Shown in pieces: positions 7,332 through 15,387 of a DNA stretch of 18,609 nucleotides. Both the position numbers and the translations under genes were made by a program. Numbering within the stretch: position 1 is the stretch's first letter; the number at the start of each line of letters is the position of its first letter. The notes under the pieces were generated by a model, which ran no database searches, had not been told where the DNA came from, and worked only from the letters and a program-made list of their open reading frames with translations. Origin of the DNA: an archaeon (GTDB lineage: Archaea; Asgardarchaeota; Thorarchaeia; Thorarchaeales; Thorarchaeaceae); contig JAJRZD010000067.1 of NCBI GenBank assembly GCA_024275415.1, positions 1-18,609 on the forward strand. The letters are read 5' to 3'.

Positions 7332-8582
7332 GTGTCTGATTCGGTCCTTATCATAGGTGCAGGGGTCGCAGGGCTCACGGCAGCAGTGGAGCTTGCTGAT
7401 TCTGGAGTCAAAGTCACGGTGGTGGAACGATTAGCCACAGTCGGAGGCAATGCTCTAGATCTGTACAAGGCATTTCCTACTGACGATTGTTTCTACTGTT
7501 TCGAAGGGAATCGCTGGAGGCCTGGGATCAGAAAGTGTTTCTATCGTAGTGTGTTGCTTGATCAACCTAACATCGACCTCAAGCTCAGTTCGCAGGTCAA
7601 AGAGATCTCAGGGGCTTCTGGTAATTTCGATGTGAGGATTGAGGTTGGATCACAATACGTCGATTCCAAGAAGTGCATCATGTGTGGTCTCTGCATGGAG
7701 AAGTCGCAGGCATTCTCCTTAATCTCTCCACAATGTCAGCCGCAAGCGGTAGTCTATGACCCAGAAAAAGTAGACGAAGGTGCAAGGGTCGCTGCTGAAG
7801 AATGCCCGACCAAGGCAATAGATCTCGATGCACAGCCATCGGAATCAACTGTGAAGGTATCCGATATCATAGTCGCGACTGGCTATCATGAGATGCAACC
7901 CATCGCAATGGATGAGTATGGCTATGGGCGATATACGAATGTCATCACACAGCTCGAGCTGGCAAAGATCATCGACCCTAATGGTTCATCGAATGGCGTC
8001 CTAGTCAGACCTTCTGACGGAGCTCCAGCAAGTCGAGTTTTAATGGTCCAGTGCGTCGGCAGTAGGGATGAGAACTACTACCCCTATTGTTCAAAGATTT
8101 GCTGTATTTTTGCATTGAAACATGCGAACATCCTCGTGCAGGAACGAGAAAATGTTTCCGTAAGCGTGGTCTACATGGATATCCGAACTTACGACCGACA
8201 TGAGAGATACTATCGTGATGCCAGAGAGGCAGGAGTCGAGTTTGTGAGAGGGCGGATAATGCGGGTAGAGCCCCATAGTGAGAACGAATTGTCCGTCATA
8301 GTGTACGATTCGTTATTGGACAAATACCTCAAGTATACTGTTGACCTATTGGTGTTATCATCTGCGCTCGAACCCCCAAAAGGAGGGAGTGCGATAACCA
8401 GTGCATTGAACCTGAATATGGCAAATGGATTCATTGCCCCTTTTGACCCCGTATCTGAAGAGGAGGTTGTTGTTGGTGAACACATCTATGCTTGTGGGAC
8501 AGCGCTGGGTCCTGCTGAAGTCCCGGAGAGCGTGACTCAGGCCAGGGCCGTGGTATCGAAAATCCTTCAGAGGAGGAAATGA
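7332..8582 (+). CDS. hdrA: Short HdrA-family flavoprotein (QmoA-like size, 416 aa)
   Basis: GAGVAG FAD motif, LYKAFPTDDCFYC, IIVATG, QCVGSRD...YCSKICC, YMDIRTY; GAGGTGA SD at 7318-7324; GTG start. Confidence 0.88.
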   Translation: MSDSVLIIGAGVAGLTAAVELADSGVKVTVVERLATVGGNALDLYKAFPTDDCFYCFEGNRWRPGIRKCFYRSVLLDQPNIDLKLSSQVKEISGASGNFDVRIEVGSQYVDSKKCIMCGLCMEKSQAFSLISPQCQPQAVVYDPEKVDEGARVAAEECPTKAIDLDAQPSESTVKVSDIIVATGYHEMQPIAMDEYGYGRYTNVITQLELAKIIDPNGSSNGVLVRPSDGAPASRVLMVQCVGSRDENYYPYCSKICCIFALKHANILVQERENVSVSVVYMDIRTYDRHERYYRDAREAGVEFVRGRIMRVEPHSENELSVIVYDSLLDKYLKYTVDLLVLSSALEPPKGGSAITSALNLNMANGFIAPFDPVSEEEVVVGEHIYACGTALGPAEVPESVTQARAVVSKILQRRK

Positions 8583-8586
8583 TCAA

Positions 8587-10752
8587 TTGACGGATTCAAA
8601 GAAGTCAGCTGTGATATTATGCACCTGTGGCAAACAACTTGGACTGGACTATGGCCATCTCTCTTCACATCTTGAGAAGCATGAACTAGTTTCCTCAGTG
8701 ATTGTACATGATACATGTTGCCAGCCTGATGGGCTTGACAGCATCGTAGAACTTGTGGACTCAAATGATGGTCGTCTTGTCATCGCTGCTTGCACCAACC
8801 AGAAGATACAGCCACGGATTGATATGTATCTCAGAACAAAGAATGTGGATCCCTCGAAGATACGCTATGTGAACATTCGTGAACAATCCGCATGGGTGCA
8901 TGGTGACAAATCAGAGGCGACTCTGAAATCTCTCGACATGATCAAAGGAGCGGTTGCTGCATCAAGCATCTCTCAGCCATTGCATGTCCAGAAAAAAACG
9001 GTTCCCCCTCATGTCACTGTTGTCGGGGGCGGGATAGCTGGCTTGGAAACTGCACTAAGCTTGAGCAATCTTGGCTACGAAGTTGTATTGGTCGAAATCA
9101 CAGACACCTTGGGTGGGCATGTGCTGAATCTCCCAGTCGTGGCGCCCACCGGGAAATCGGGCGCTGAGGTTATGAAGAGCCGCTTAGATGCGATTGGGAA
9201 GGATAATCGGATACAGGTGATGACCAACACCTATGTGAGATTCTTCGAGGGCGAGATGGGCAATTTCACTGTTCACTATACCTCCGATGGAAAAGATGGG
9301 ACACTTCATACCTCCGCAGTGGTCATGGCCACTGGTTTCAAGGAATTCAAGCCTGTGCAGATGGACGAATACCGCTATGGCAAGAACCCTGATGTACTCA
9401 CTCAATACGAACTGTCCCAGATGATTACCGCTGGCGACATCAAGAAGCCTTCCAGTGCTCAGGATGTCAAAGAGGTCGTCATGGTTCAATGTGTGGGTAG
9501 CAGGTCGGAGGACTATAAACGCGACTGTAGCAAGCTCTGCTGCACCTTTGCCATCGATAACGCGATAGAGCTCAAGGAGCGATTGCCTGATGTCAATGTC
9601 CGAGTCGTATACATGGATATCAGGGTGCCCTTCGAGAATGAGATGATCTACAAGAAGTCGAGGGAACTAGGTGTGGACTTCATCCGCGGTAGGGTCAGCA
9701 TGGTCTGGGAGAACGATGGGCAGACCCGTGTGAAGATATACGACTCACTCATGAATCAGTATTTCGAGGTTCCAGCGGATCTCCTCGTCCTCTCCTCAGC
9801 AGTTCTTCCCTCTGACGGACTTGCCGAACTAGGGGAAACCCTCGGATACATGATTGAGGACGATGGTCATATCAAAGAGTTATACGGGAAGCTCCGGCGG
9901 AATGAAACAAGACGACGCGGAGTAGTAGCTGTAGGAGCAGCTACCCGCCCTCAATTCGTCTTTGAGGCAGTCACAGACGCACAGGCGGCATCTTTAGTAC
10001 TCCACAATGAGCTGCAAGGCGGAGCAATTGAAACATTGGCGCGTGGTGCAGTTCTTGAAGTGGATGACTGTGTCGGCTGTAGTCTCTGTGCACAGCAATG
10101 CCCTCGGGGGGTTCCTCTTATGATCGAGCAGACCGAGTCCGAAGAGATTAATCCTGAACAGAAGCTTATCTTCAAGGCATCGATTGACACCCTGAACTGC
10201 CATGCGTGCGGTGTCTGTCAGAGCCTTTGCCCCTCCGGTGCGACACAGCTCAACTTTATCAGTAACGAACAGCTCTGGGCCGAGATTACAGCAACCTTAG
10301 AGAATGCTGGGCCAGACCGTCCCATCACATTGTGCTTTTACTGCGAGGAGTGTGCAGTATCCACTATTGACATCGCTGGGATTCGAAAGATGGAATATCC
10401 TGCTACAACACGATTGGTTCCTGTCCCCTGTGCCGGACGTGTTAGCATTATAGACATCCTCAAGGCGTTTGAGAATGGTGCTGGTGCAGTCATGATTGCA
10501 GCGTGCGAAACCGACCGCTGTCATGTAGGCGGAACAGGCAACGAGATCGCTCAGGTACAAGTGGATGTTGCAAGGGACATCCTGAACGCGATTGGATGGA
10601 AAGGTGCGCGTGTGGATATGTTCAGGATGTTCAGTGCAGAACCCCAGAGATTCATAGATGCCATAAGCGAGATGACACGTCGTGCATCTGAATTCGGTCC
10701 TACTCCAGTACACAATGGGGAGGCCGGGAAGTGGATGGAGGTCGTCGAATGA
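8587..10752 (+). CDS. hdrA: HdrA-MvhD fusion (QmoB-like architecture, 721 aa)
   Basis: N-terminal CTC...CC...IAAC...VNIREQSAWVH; GGGIAG; QCVGSR...CSKLCC; C-terminal 2x[4Fe-4S] (CVGCSLCAQQCP, CHACGVCQSLCP); MvhD domain from about aa 580 (FYCEEC...YP...VPCAGRV...AACETDRCH); TTG start. Confidence 0.9.
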   Translation: MTDSKKSAVILCTCGKQLGLDYGHLSSHLEKHELVSSVIVHDTCCQPDGLDSIVELVDSNDGRLVIAACTNQKIQPRIDMYLRTKNVDPSKIRYVNIREQSAWVHGDKSEATLKSLDMIKGAVAASSISQPLHVQKKTVPPHVTVVGGGIAGLETALSLSNLGYEVVLVEITDTLGGHVLNLPVVAPTGKSGAEVMKSRLDAIGKDNRIQVMTNTYVRFFEGEMGNFTVHYTSDGKDGTLHTSAVVMATGFKEFKPVQMDEYRYGKNPDVLTQYELSQMITAGDIKKPSSAQDVKEVVMVQCVGSRSEDYKRDCSKLCCTFAIDNAIELKERLPDVNVRVVYMDIRVPFENEMIYKKSRELGVDFIRGRVSMVWENDGQTRVKIYDSLMNQYFEVPADLLVLSSAVLPSDGLAELGETLGYMIEDDGHIKELYGKLRRNETRRRGVVAVGAATRPQFVFEAVTDAQAASLVLHNELQGGAIETLARGAVLEVDDCVGCSLCAQQCPRGVPLMIEQTESEEINPEQKLIFKASIDTLNCHACGVCQSLCPSGATQLNFISNEQLWAEITATLENAGPDRPITLCFYCEECAVSTIDIAGIRKMEYPATTRLVPVPCAGRVSIIDILKAFENGAGAVMIAACETDRCHVGGTGNEIAQVQVDVARDILNAIGWKGARVDMFRMFSAEPQRFIDAISEMTRRASEFGPTPVHNGEAGKWMEVVE

Positions 10753-13010
10753 GTTCGAGTACAGCTGTAAAGGAGATCGCCCCTAAACGAAAGCGTATGA
10801 TGGACATGATTCTCATCCTTGGAGGCCTGAAAGAGGAGGCTGCCATCCCCCTCAGCAGGGTGAACGAGGAGATTGCGAATCTTAAGAAAGAGATCGAACC
10901 GCTTGTTTCGGAGATACTGGCATTCCCTAGTGCATATTATCAACGGTTCTATGAGGTTTCAACAAAGACCAATCTTCCAAGCCAGATTACTGACAAGGGT
11001 ATTCTGACCGAGGCCATCCTGAATATCGAGAAGGCGCTTGAGTTCGGCGAATCTGCTGGACTGTCCGCCCTCAAAGATGCACTGAAAGAAGTGCTCGAAT
11101 CGATGAGTGCGAAACCAGAGGAAAACGAAAAAGTTTCGGTCGATCTGAATCACGTACTGAAGGGGCTTCCAAAGACCACATCGCAGATCTTGGATGCAGT
11201 ATCAGTCCTTGAAGAAACCTCCATGAAGGAACAGGAGCAAGCAAAAGAAGAACTTGACTCTCTTATGGATGGATTCACTGAAATCATCTCAGATGTTGAC
11301 TTAGACGCCGACACCCTTTTAGGAAAACTCCAAAAGATTGGGACAAAGACCCGCTACGGCCCGTTTCTCCGTGTTGCAGCACAACTAAAACGAGGGAAAC
11401 GAGAAGAACGGATAGATGATGAACGTTTCAAGACACTTGTCACAAAGAATCTTGTCACTGAGATGCGACGTGGAATCATTATGTTCATTTTGAACAAGAT
11501 GGGCTCAAAGACCACACCGCAAATAGCTGGATTGTCTGGTCTTTCGCCTCAGGACATCCAGAGTGCCATTGTCAGTATGATAAGCCGTGGTGAAGTAGAG
11601 ATGGTTGGCATTGATGGGAATGCCCCCGTTTTCGCCAAGGTCATCGGGAAGGCGCCAGATAGCACACTTGTCCTAAAACGAGCCCTCCAACAGCTTCGTA
11701 GTGTACTGAAGACTATGGACGATAAGACAAGACACTTGGTCGAAAACCCACTGAATGACCTTGAAACTGCCTATAGTCGGTTGCAGATGCTTGGTGAATA
11801 TGATGAGCCGCTTATCGCAGAGCCAATGAAGACATTACAGGATATTGGGACGAAAGTGGCTGAGGCTGCTATCAAGTCCCACGCTGGTGATGATTCGGAT
11901 GAGCTACGTCTCTTGGTGTCTGCAGGTCTTGAGGCATTCGCACGATTCAGGCTGAAGATAGCATTGGAGAAAGGTCCGCATCTAGTGTCTGGAGTCAATG
12001 TATATGGTGAGAAACTCGACGAGTCCACCTACCAGCAGATTATGGATTCCTATCTGAACAACGAGCTTGAGCGCGGAACTATCCTTATCCTGATTCGAGA
12101 GCTTGGTGCGATGACTACAAAGGACTTGGCGGAGCGAACCGATATCCCACCGGATCGGATATTGCAACACCTACTCCGGATGAAGCGGGACGAACTCCTG
12201 ACAATTGCTGGCGAATCTCACGGATACATCCTGTATGATGTCCCTCGAACGTTGACCGAGGCTGAGGTCGCCATTCAAACTATTAGCTCGCTCGCTCTTC
12301 AGACAGCCGAAGCCACAAAGGATTTGGCCGATACGGTATCTGATCTTCAACCAAGTTCAATTGGGAAGTTGACCAGCGCCTTAGATACCCTTTCCAAGGC
12401 ACGCGACAAGATGGGGAAGATAGAGATTGGTGGCACAGTGATTGCAAAGGATCTCATTGCCAATGTCGAGGACAAGATCAAGTCTGCAGTAGCGATGGGA
12501 TATCGCACACGGGCAAGGATTCCCAGTACTCGCCCCAAGGTCACCATAGAGGATCTCATGGACGTTGACGTTCCCAGTGTGATTGATGAGTACAAGGGCA
12601 TGATGGGCTATGCTCCATTGCTCGGTTTTGGTACTATCGAATGGGTACAGTCCAAGTGTCTTGGGTGCAAGTCCTGCGAGATTGCCTGCCCTGAGAATGC
12701 AATCGAACTTAAACCATCCATCGATGTCCCTCAGTTCTTTGAGTTCTCTGACGAGACTCTTGATTCATTGCCTGTGAACAAATCCATCTTCTACAGAACC
12801 GTCAGGAACCTTGCGACTGTTAAACCATCCACCAAAATTGCATTAGATGAAGATAAGCCTGGTTTCGGATCAGTTGAAGTCGACTTGTGGCTATGCGTGG
12901 GCTGTCGTACTTGTGTGCGACGTTGTCCTGGGACTGATGACGGCGCTCTTGAACTCATCCTCAAGTGGAATCTCCCAGAGGTCATTCGCCAGATTACGGC
13001 ACAGAATTAG
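10749..13010 (+). CDS. Uncharacterised 753-aa protein: helical regions, two winged-HTH modules and a C-terminal 2x[4Fe-4S] ferredoxin
   Basis: ATGA overlap with the upstream stop and GGAGGT SD; wHTH-like segments GIIMFILNKMGSKTTPQIA...GEVEMVG and GTILILIRELGAMTTKDLA...DELLTIAG; CLGCKSCEIACP and CVGCRTCVRRCP. Confidence 0.85.
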   Translation: MSSSTAVKEIAPKRKRMMDMILILGGLKEEAAIPLSRVNEEIANLKKEIEPLVSEILAFPSAYYQRFYEVSTKTNLPSQITDKGILTEAILNIEKALEFGESAGLSALKDALKEVLESMSAKPEENEKVSVDLNHVLKGLPKTTSQILDAVSVLEETSMKEQEQAKEELDSLMDGFTEIISDVDLDADTLLGKLQKIGTKTRYGPFLRVAAQLKRGKREERIDDERFKTLVTKNLVTEMRRGIIMFILNKMGSKTTPQIAGLSGLSPQDIQSAIVSMISRGEVEMVGIDGNAPVFAKVIGKAPDSTLVLKRALQQLRSVLKTMDDKTRHLVENPLNDLETAYSRLQMLGEYDEPLIAEPMKTLQDIGTKVAEAAIKSHAGDDSDELRLLVSAGLEAFARFRLKIALEKGPHLVSGVNVYGEKLDESTYQQIMDSYLNNELERGTILILIRELGAMTTKDLAERTDIPPDRILQHLLRMKRDELLTIAGESHGYILYDVPRTLTEAEVAIQTISSLALQTAEATKDLADTVSDLQPSSIGKLTSALDTLSKARDKMGKIEIGGTVIAKDLIANVEDKIKSAVAMGYRTRARIPSTRPKVTIEDLMDVDVPSVIDEYKGMMGYAPLLGFGTIEWVQSKCLGCKSCEIACPENAIELKPSIDVPQFFEFSDETLDSLPVNKSIFYRTVRNLATVKPSTKIALDEDKPGFGSVEVDLWLCVGCRTCVRRCPGTDDGALELILKWNLPEVIRQITAQN

Positions 13011-13052
13011 CATGTTCCCATGCGACAGTTCAGTATACAATCAGTGGCATTT

Positions 13053-13068
13053 CAAAAGGGACTTATAC
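13053..13068 (+). promoter_or_regulatory. Putative BRE/TATA for the acyl-CoA dehydrogenase
   Basis: CAAAAGGG-ACTTATAC about 48 nt upstream of ATG 13116. Confidence 0.45.
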
Positions 13069-13115
13069 TCTGTAACCTAATGACATTCATTGAGATTTTA
13101 GGCTGGTGAATGTTG

Positions 13116-14315
13116 ATGGTCGATTTCGCATACACGGATGAACAACTTGCTTTGCAGAAGAAGGCACGGGTCTTCACCCATGAGTACATACTGCCCTATG
13201 CCTCATACTATGACAAGACAGGCGAGTTCCCTCTGCCTATCATAAGAAAGGCGTGGGACGCAGGTCTTATGAACTTGGCAATACCCAAAGAATACGGCGG
13301 GCCCGAGCTGGGGCTAGTCGAGGCATGTATCGTGGTGGAAGAGTTTGCTTCAGGATGTGCAGGAATGACCACTAGCATCTTTGCCAACCAGCTTGGCCCA
13401 GAGCCGATTATGATAGCAGGGTCTCCTGAACAGAAGGAAAAGTACCTTCGACCACTGACCGAGGCGCCAAAGCTCGTTTCTTTCGCATGTTCGGAGCCTG
13501 GGATGGGTAGTGATGTAGCAGGAATCAAGACTGCTGTGGAAAAAGATGGTGACGAATATGTCATCAATGGCTCCAAGTTCTGGATCACGAACGCTCCCTA
13601 TGCAGACTACTTTACAGTCTTTGCAAGCCTTGACCCCAGCAAGAGGCACAAGGCACTCTGTGCCTTTATTGTCGATGCTGACGCACCAGGAGTCAAGATT
13701 GGGCGTCCTGTTGAGAAAATGGGACATCGTGCATCCTCGACAGCATCAATAATGTTCAGGGATGCCCGAGTACCCGCTGAGAACCTTCTTGGGTCTGAGG
13801 GCGAAGGGTTCAAGATCGCAATGAAGACCTTTGCGTTGACACGCCCTGCTATTGCAGCATTCGCAACTGGGCTTGCACGCTCCGCCATGGAATATGCCCG
13901 AGAATATACCATGAAGCGGGATGCATTCGGCAGCAAGCTCAGAGAGTTCCAGGCAATCCAGTTCAAGCTTGCCGAGATGCTCATGAAGGTCGAAACCTCT
14001 CGTCTGCTCTATCTGAGGGCTGCATGGGCTGCTGATACCACTCCTGATGCGACCATTCCTGCAAGCATCGCCAAGGCTTTTGCCACTGATGCTGCGATGT
14101 GGTGTGCAAGTGAGGCACTCCAGATTCATGGCGGATATGGGTACATCGACCAATATCCTCTTGAGAAGATATTCAGGGATGCCAAACTCTATCAGATCTA
14201 TGAGGGCACAAGTGAGATACAACGGTTGATTCTTGGACGTTATGTGCTTGATGGGTACCAACCCGCCCGAGAAACACCTCCAAGATGGGCAGGGCAGAAG
14301 GCCCCTGACTTCTAG
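13116..14315 (+). CDS. acd: Acyl-CoA dehydrogenase, MCAD-like
   Basis: SEPGMGSDVAGIKT, NGSKFWITNA, KMGHRAS, FQAIQFKLAEM, QIHGGYGY, QIYEGTSEIQR (catalytic Glu in YEG). Start set by GGTGA at 13105-13109; alternative ATG 13110. Confidence 0.95.
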   Translation: MVDFAYTDEQLALQKKARVFTHEYILPYASYYDKTGEFPLPIIRKAWDAGLMNLAIPKEYGGPELGLVEACIVVEEFASGCAGMTTSIFANQLGPEPIMIAGSPEQKEKYLRPLTEAPKLVSFACSEPGMGSDVAGIKTAVEKDGDEYVINGSKFWITNAPYADYFTVFASLDPSKRHKALCAFIVDADAPGVKIGRPVEKMGHRASSTASIMFRDARVPAENLLGSEGEGFKIAMKTFALTRPAIAAFATGLARSAMEYAREYTMKRDAFGSKLREFQAIQFKLAEMLMKVETSRLLYLRAAWAADTTPDATIPASIAKAFATDAAMWCASEALQIHGGYGYIDQYPLEKIFRDAKLYQIYEGTSEIQRLILGRYVLDGYQPARETPPRWAGQKAPDF

Positions 14316-14563
14316 GAATCTCTGAAATCTGACAATCCTAAATGGTGGGGACTGGTGATTGTAAGTAGAAATATGTGACCGCAGTACCTGTCAGCTGTTT
14401 CTCCCTCGTCCATCAGAAGAAATACTAAACTCAGTACCTTCTTCTTGGTATGATAAAAGGTCGTCAAAGAAGGGCATACTGCATGGCGCCGTATTGCACG
14501 GAATTCTACATTTCCTTCCTCCGTTTTGACATTCTCATCTCATATGGGGCTCTCAGGCAAATC

Positions 14564-14761
14564 TCATACTTGTGTTTGAAGAACACGCATCTTCAGAGAA
14601 AGGGATGTCCTTACCACGCAGACCTTTGAATCATTGTTGTGCACCAAGACGTTTGGCTGCATCTTGTCGCTCTTGGCTGCTTTCATTCAACATGATTACC
14701 GTGACCTCATCCCAATGCCCCCTACAAGCACATCCCTTTCTCAAACCAATACCGAGTATGA
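14564..14761. repeat. Nested inverted-repeat element (candidate structured RNA or MITE-like relic)
   Basis: Perfect 13-bp IR GAGAAAGGGATGT (14596-14608) / ACATCCCTTTCTC (14730-14742), enclosing 10-bp and 9-bp bulged helices and enclosed by a 7-bp IR (14564-14570 / 14755-14761). Confidence 0.55.
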
Positions 14762-14826
14762 CTCCATGCCTTCAATATGTGCTATGGTTTTCCTCCATTA
14801 TCATGCTCAAATATACGTATGATATA

Positions 14827-15363
14827 TCACGAGATGTTACTGTCTACAGACCAATACTGTCCGTTCAATGGTATGTAGACGAATAGGTCTACTTTTGAGG
14901 TGTCGAACCTTCCTTTCTCGTCAAGCACGGCCTCATCAATATGGACTGCTAGCACCTCAGCGACAAAGAGGTCGTGTACACCGACATTGATGACATGGCT
15001 CGTCTTGCATTCGATATTGATTGGGCATTCGTCAATCATTGGAGCATCGACTTTCGATGCCTGAACCGCGGTGAGTTTCATCTCACTGAATTTGTCGTAA
15101 TCCCGTCCTGACTTCGACCCACAGAACTTCATGGCATCGAAGAGGTTCTTTCCAGGGACATTAAGCACAAACTCACCTGCGTCCTTGACTAGGCCGTGAC
15201 TGAACCTGTTAGGTCTGATTCCTATAGCGACACTCGGAGGTTCACTGCACACATTTGCCACCCATGAAAGAGTGATTATGTTTGGACGTTCCTTGCCTTT
15301 CACACTCAGTAATATTACCGGACACGGCACTATGGCTGTCGTACCTTTCATTTGTTTCTTCAT
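14827..15363 (-). CDS. Flavin reductase-like / flavoredoxin family FMN-binding protein
   Basis: PCPVILLS, NIITLSWV, SEPPSVAIGIRPNRFSH, EFVLNVP, FCGSKSGRDYDKF, PMIDECPINIECK, GVHDLFVAEV; start M at 15363. Confidence 0.9.
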   Translation of the reverse strand: MKKQMKGTTAIVPCPVILLSVKGKERPNIITLSWVANVCSEPPSVAIGIRPNRFSHGLVKDAGEFVLNVPGKNLFDAMKFCGSKSGRDYDKFSEMKLTAVQASKVDAPMIDECPINIECKTSHVINVGVHDLFVAEVLAVHIDEAVLDEKGRFDTSKVDLFVYIPLNGQYWSVDSNIS

Positions 15364-15387
15364 GATGTGTGTGTATATGGTTGGCCC

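Noticed and set aside
11406-12239. Tandem winged helices as an ESCRT-II (Vps22/25/36)-like eukaryotic signature protein
   Set aside because: The modules are separated by a long helical region, fused to a ferredoxin and embedded in an Hdr operon; nothing specific points to ESCRT.
5910-13010. Selenocysteine (UGA) recoding in HdrA/MvhD and an associated SECIS
   Set aside because: All Fe-S ligand positions are Cys codons in uninterrupted frames. The TGA stops at 8580 and 10750 end at natural C-termini and readthrough gives short non-homologous peptides.
14395-14417. Hammerhead-like CUGAUG...GAAAC on the minus strand
   Set aside because: It reads CUGAUGG rather than CUGANGA, and stem II cannot form.
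14629-14697. SECIS-like AUGAA...UGAU on the minus strand
   Set aside because: An extra ACAACAA segment breaks the AUGA/GA core geometry, and the upstream flavin reductase has no plausible Sec codon.
14316-14826. Decayed gene on the minus strand (fragment DEVTVIML...ERQDAAKRLGA faintly like PIG-L deacetylases)
   Set aside because: Multiple stops in every frame, no HPDD motif and similarity too weak to call; tBLASTx would settle it.
14572-14886. 104-aa and 62-aa plus-strand ORFs in the gap
   Set aside because: Atypical Cys/Ser/Pro-rich composition, no SD motif, and the longer ORF overlaps the flavin reductase 3' end.
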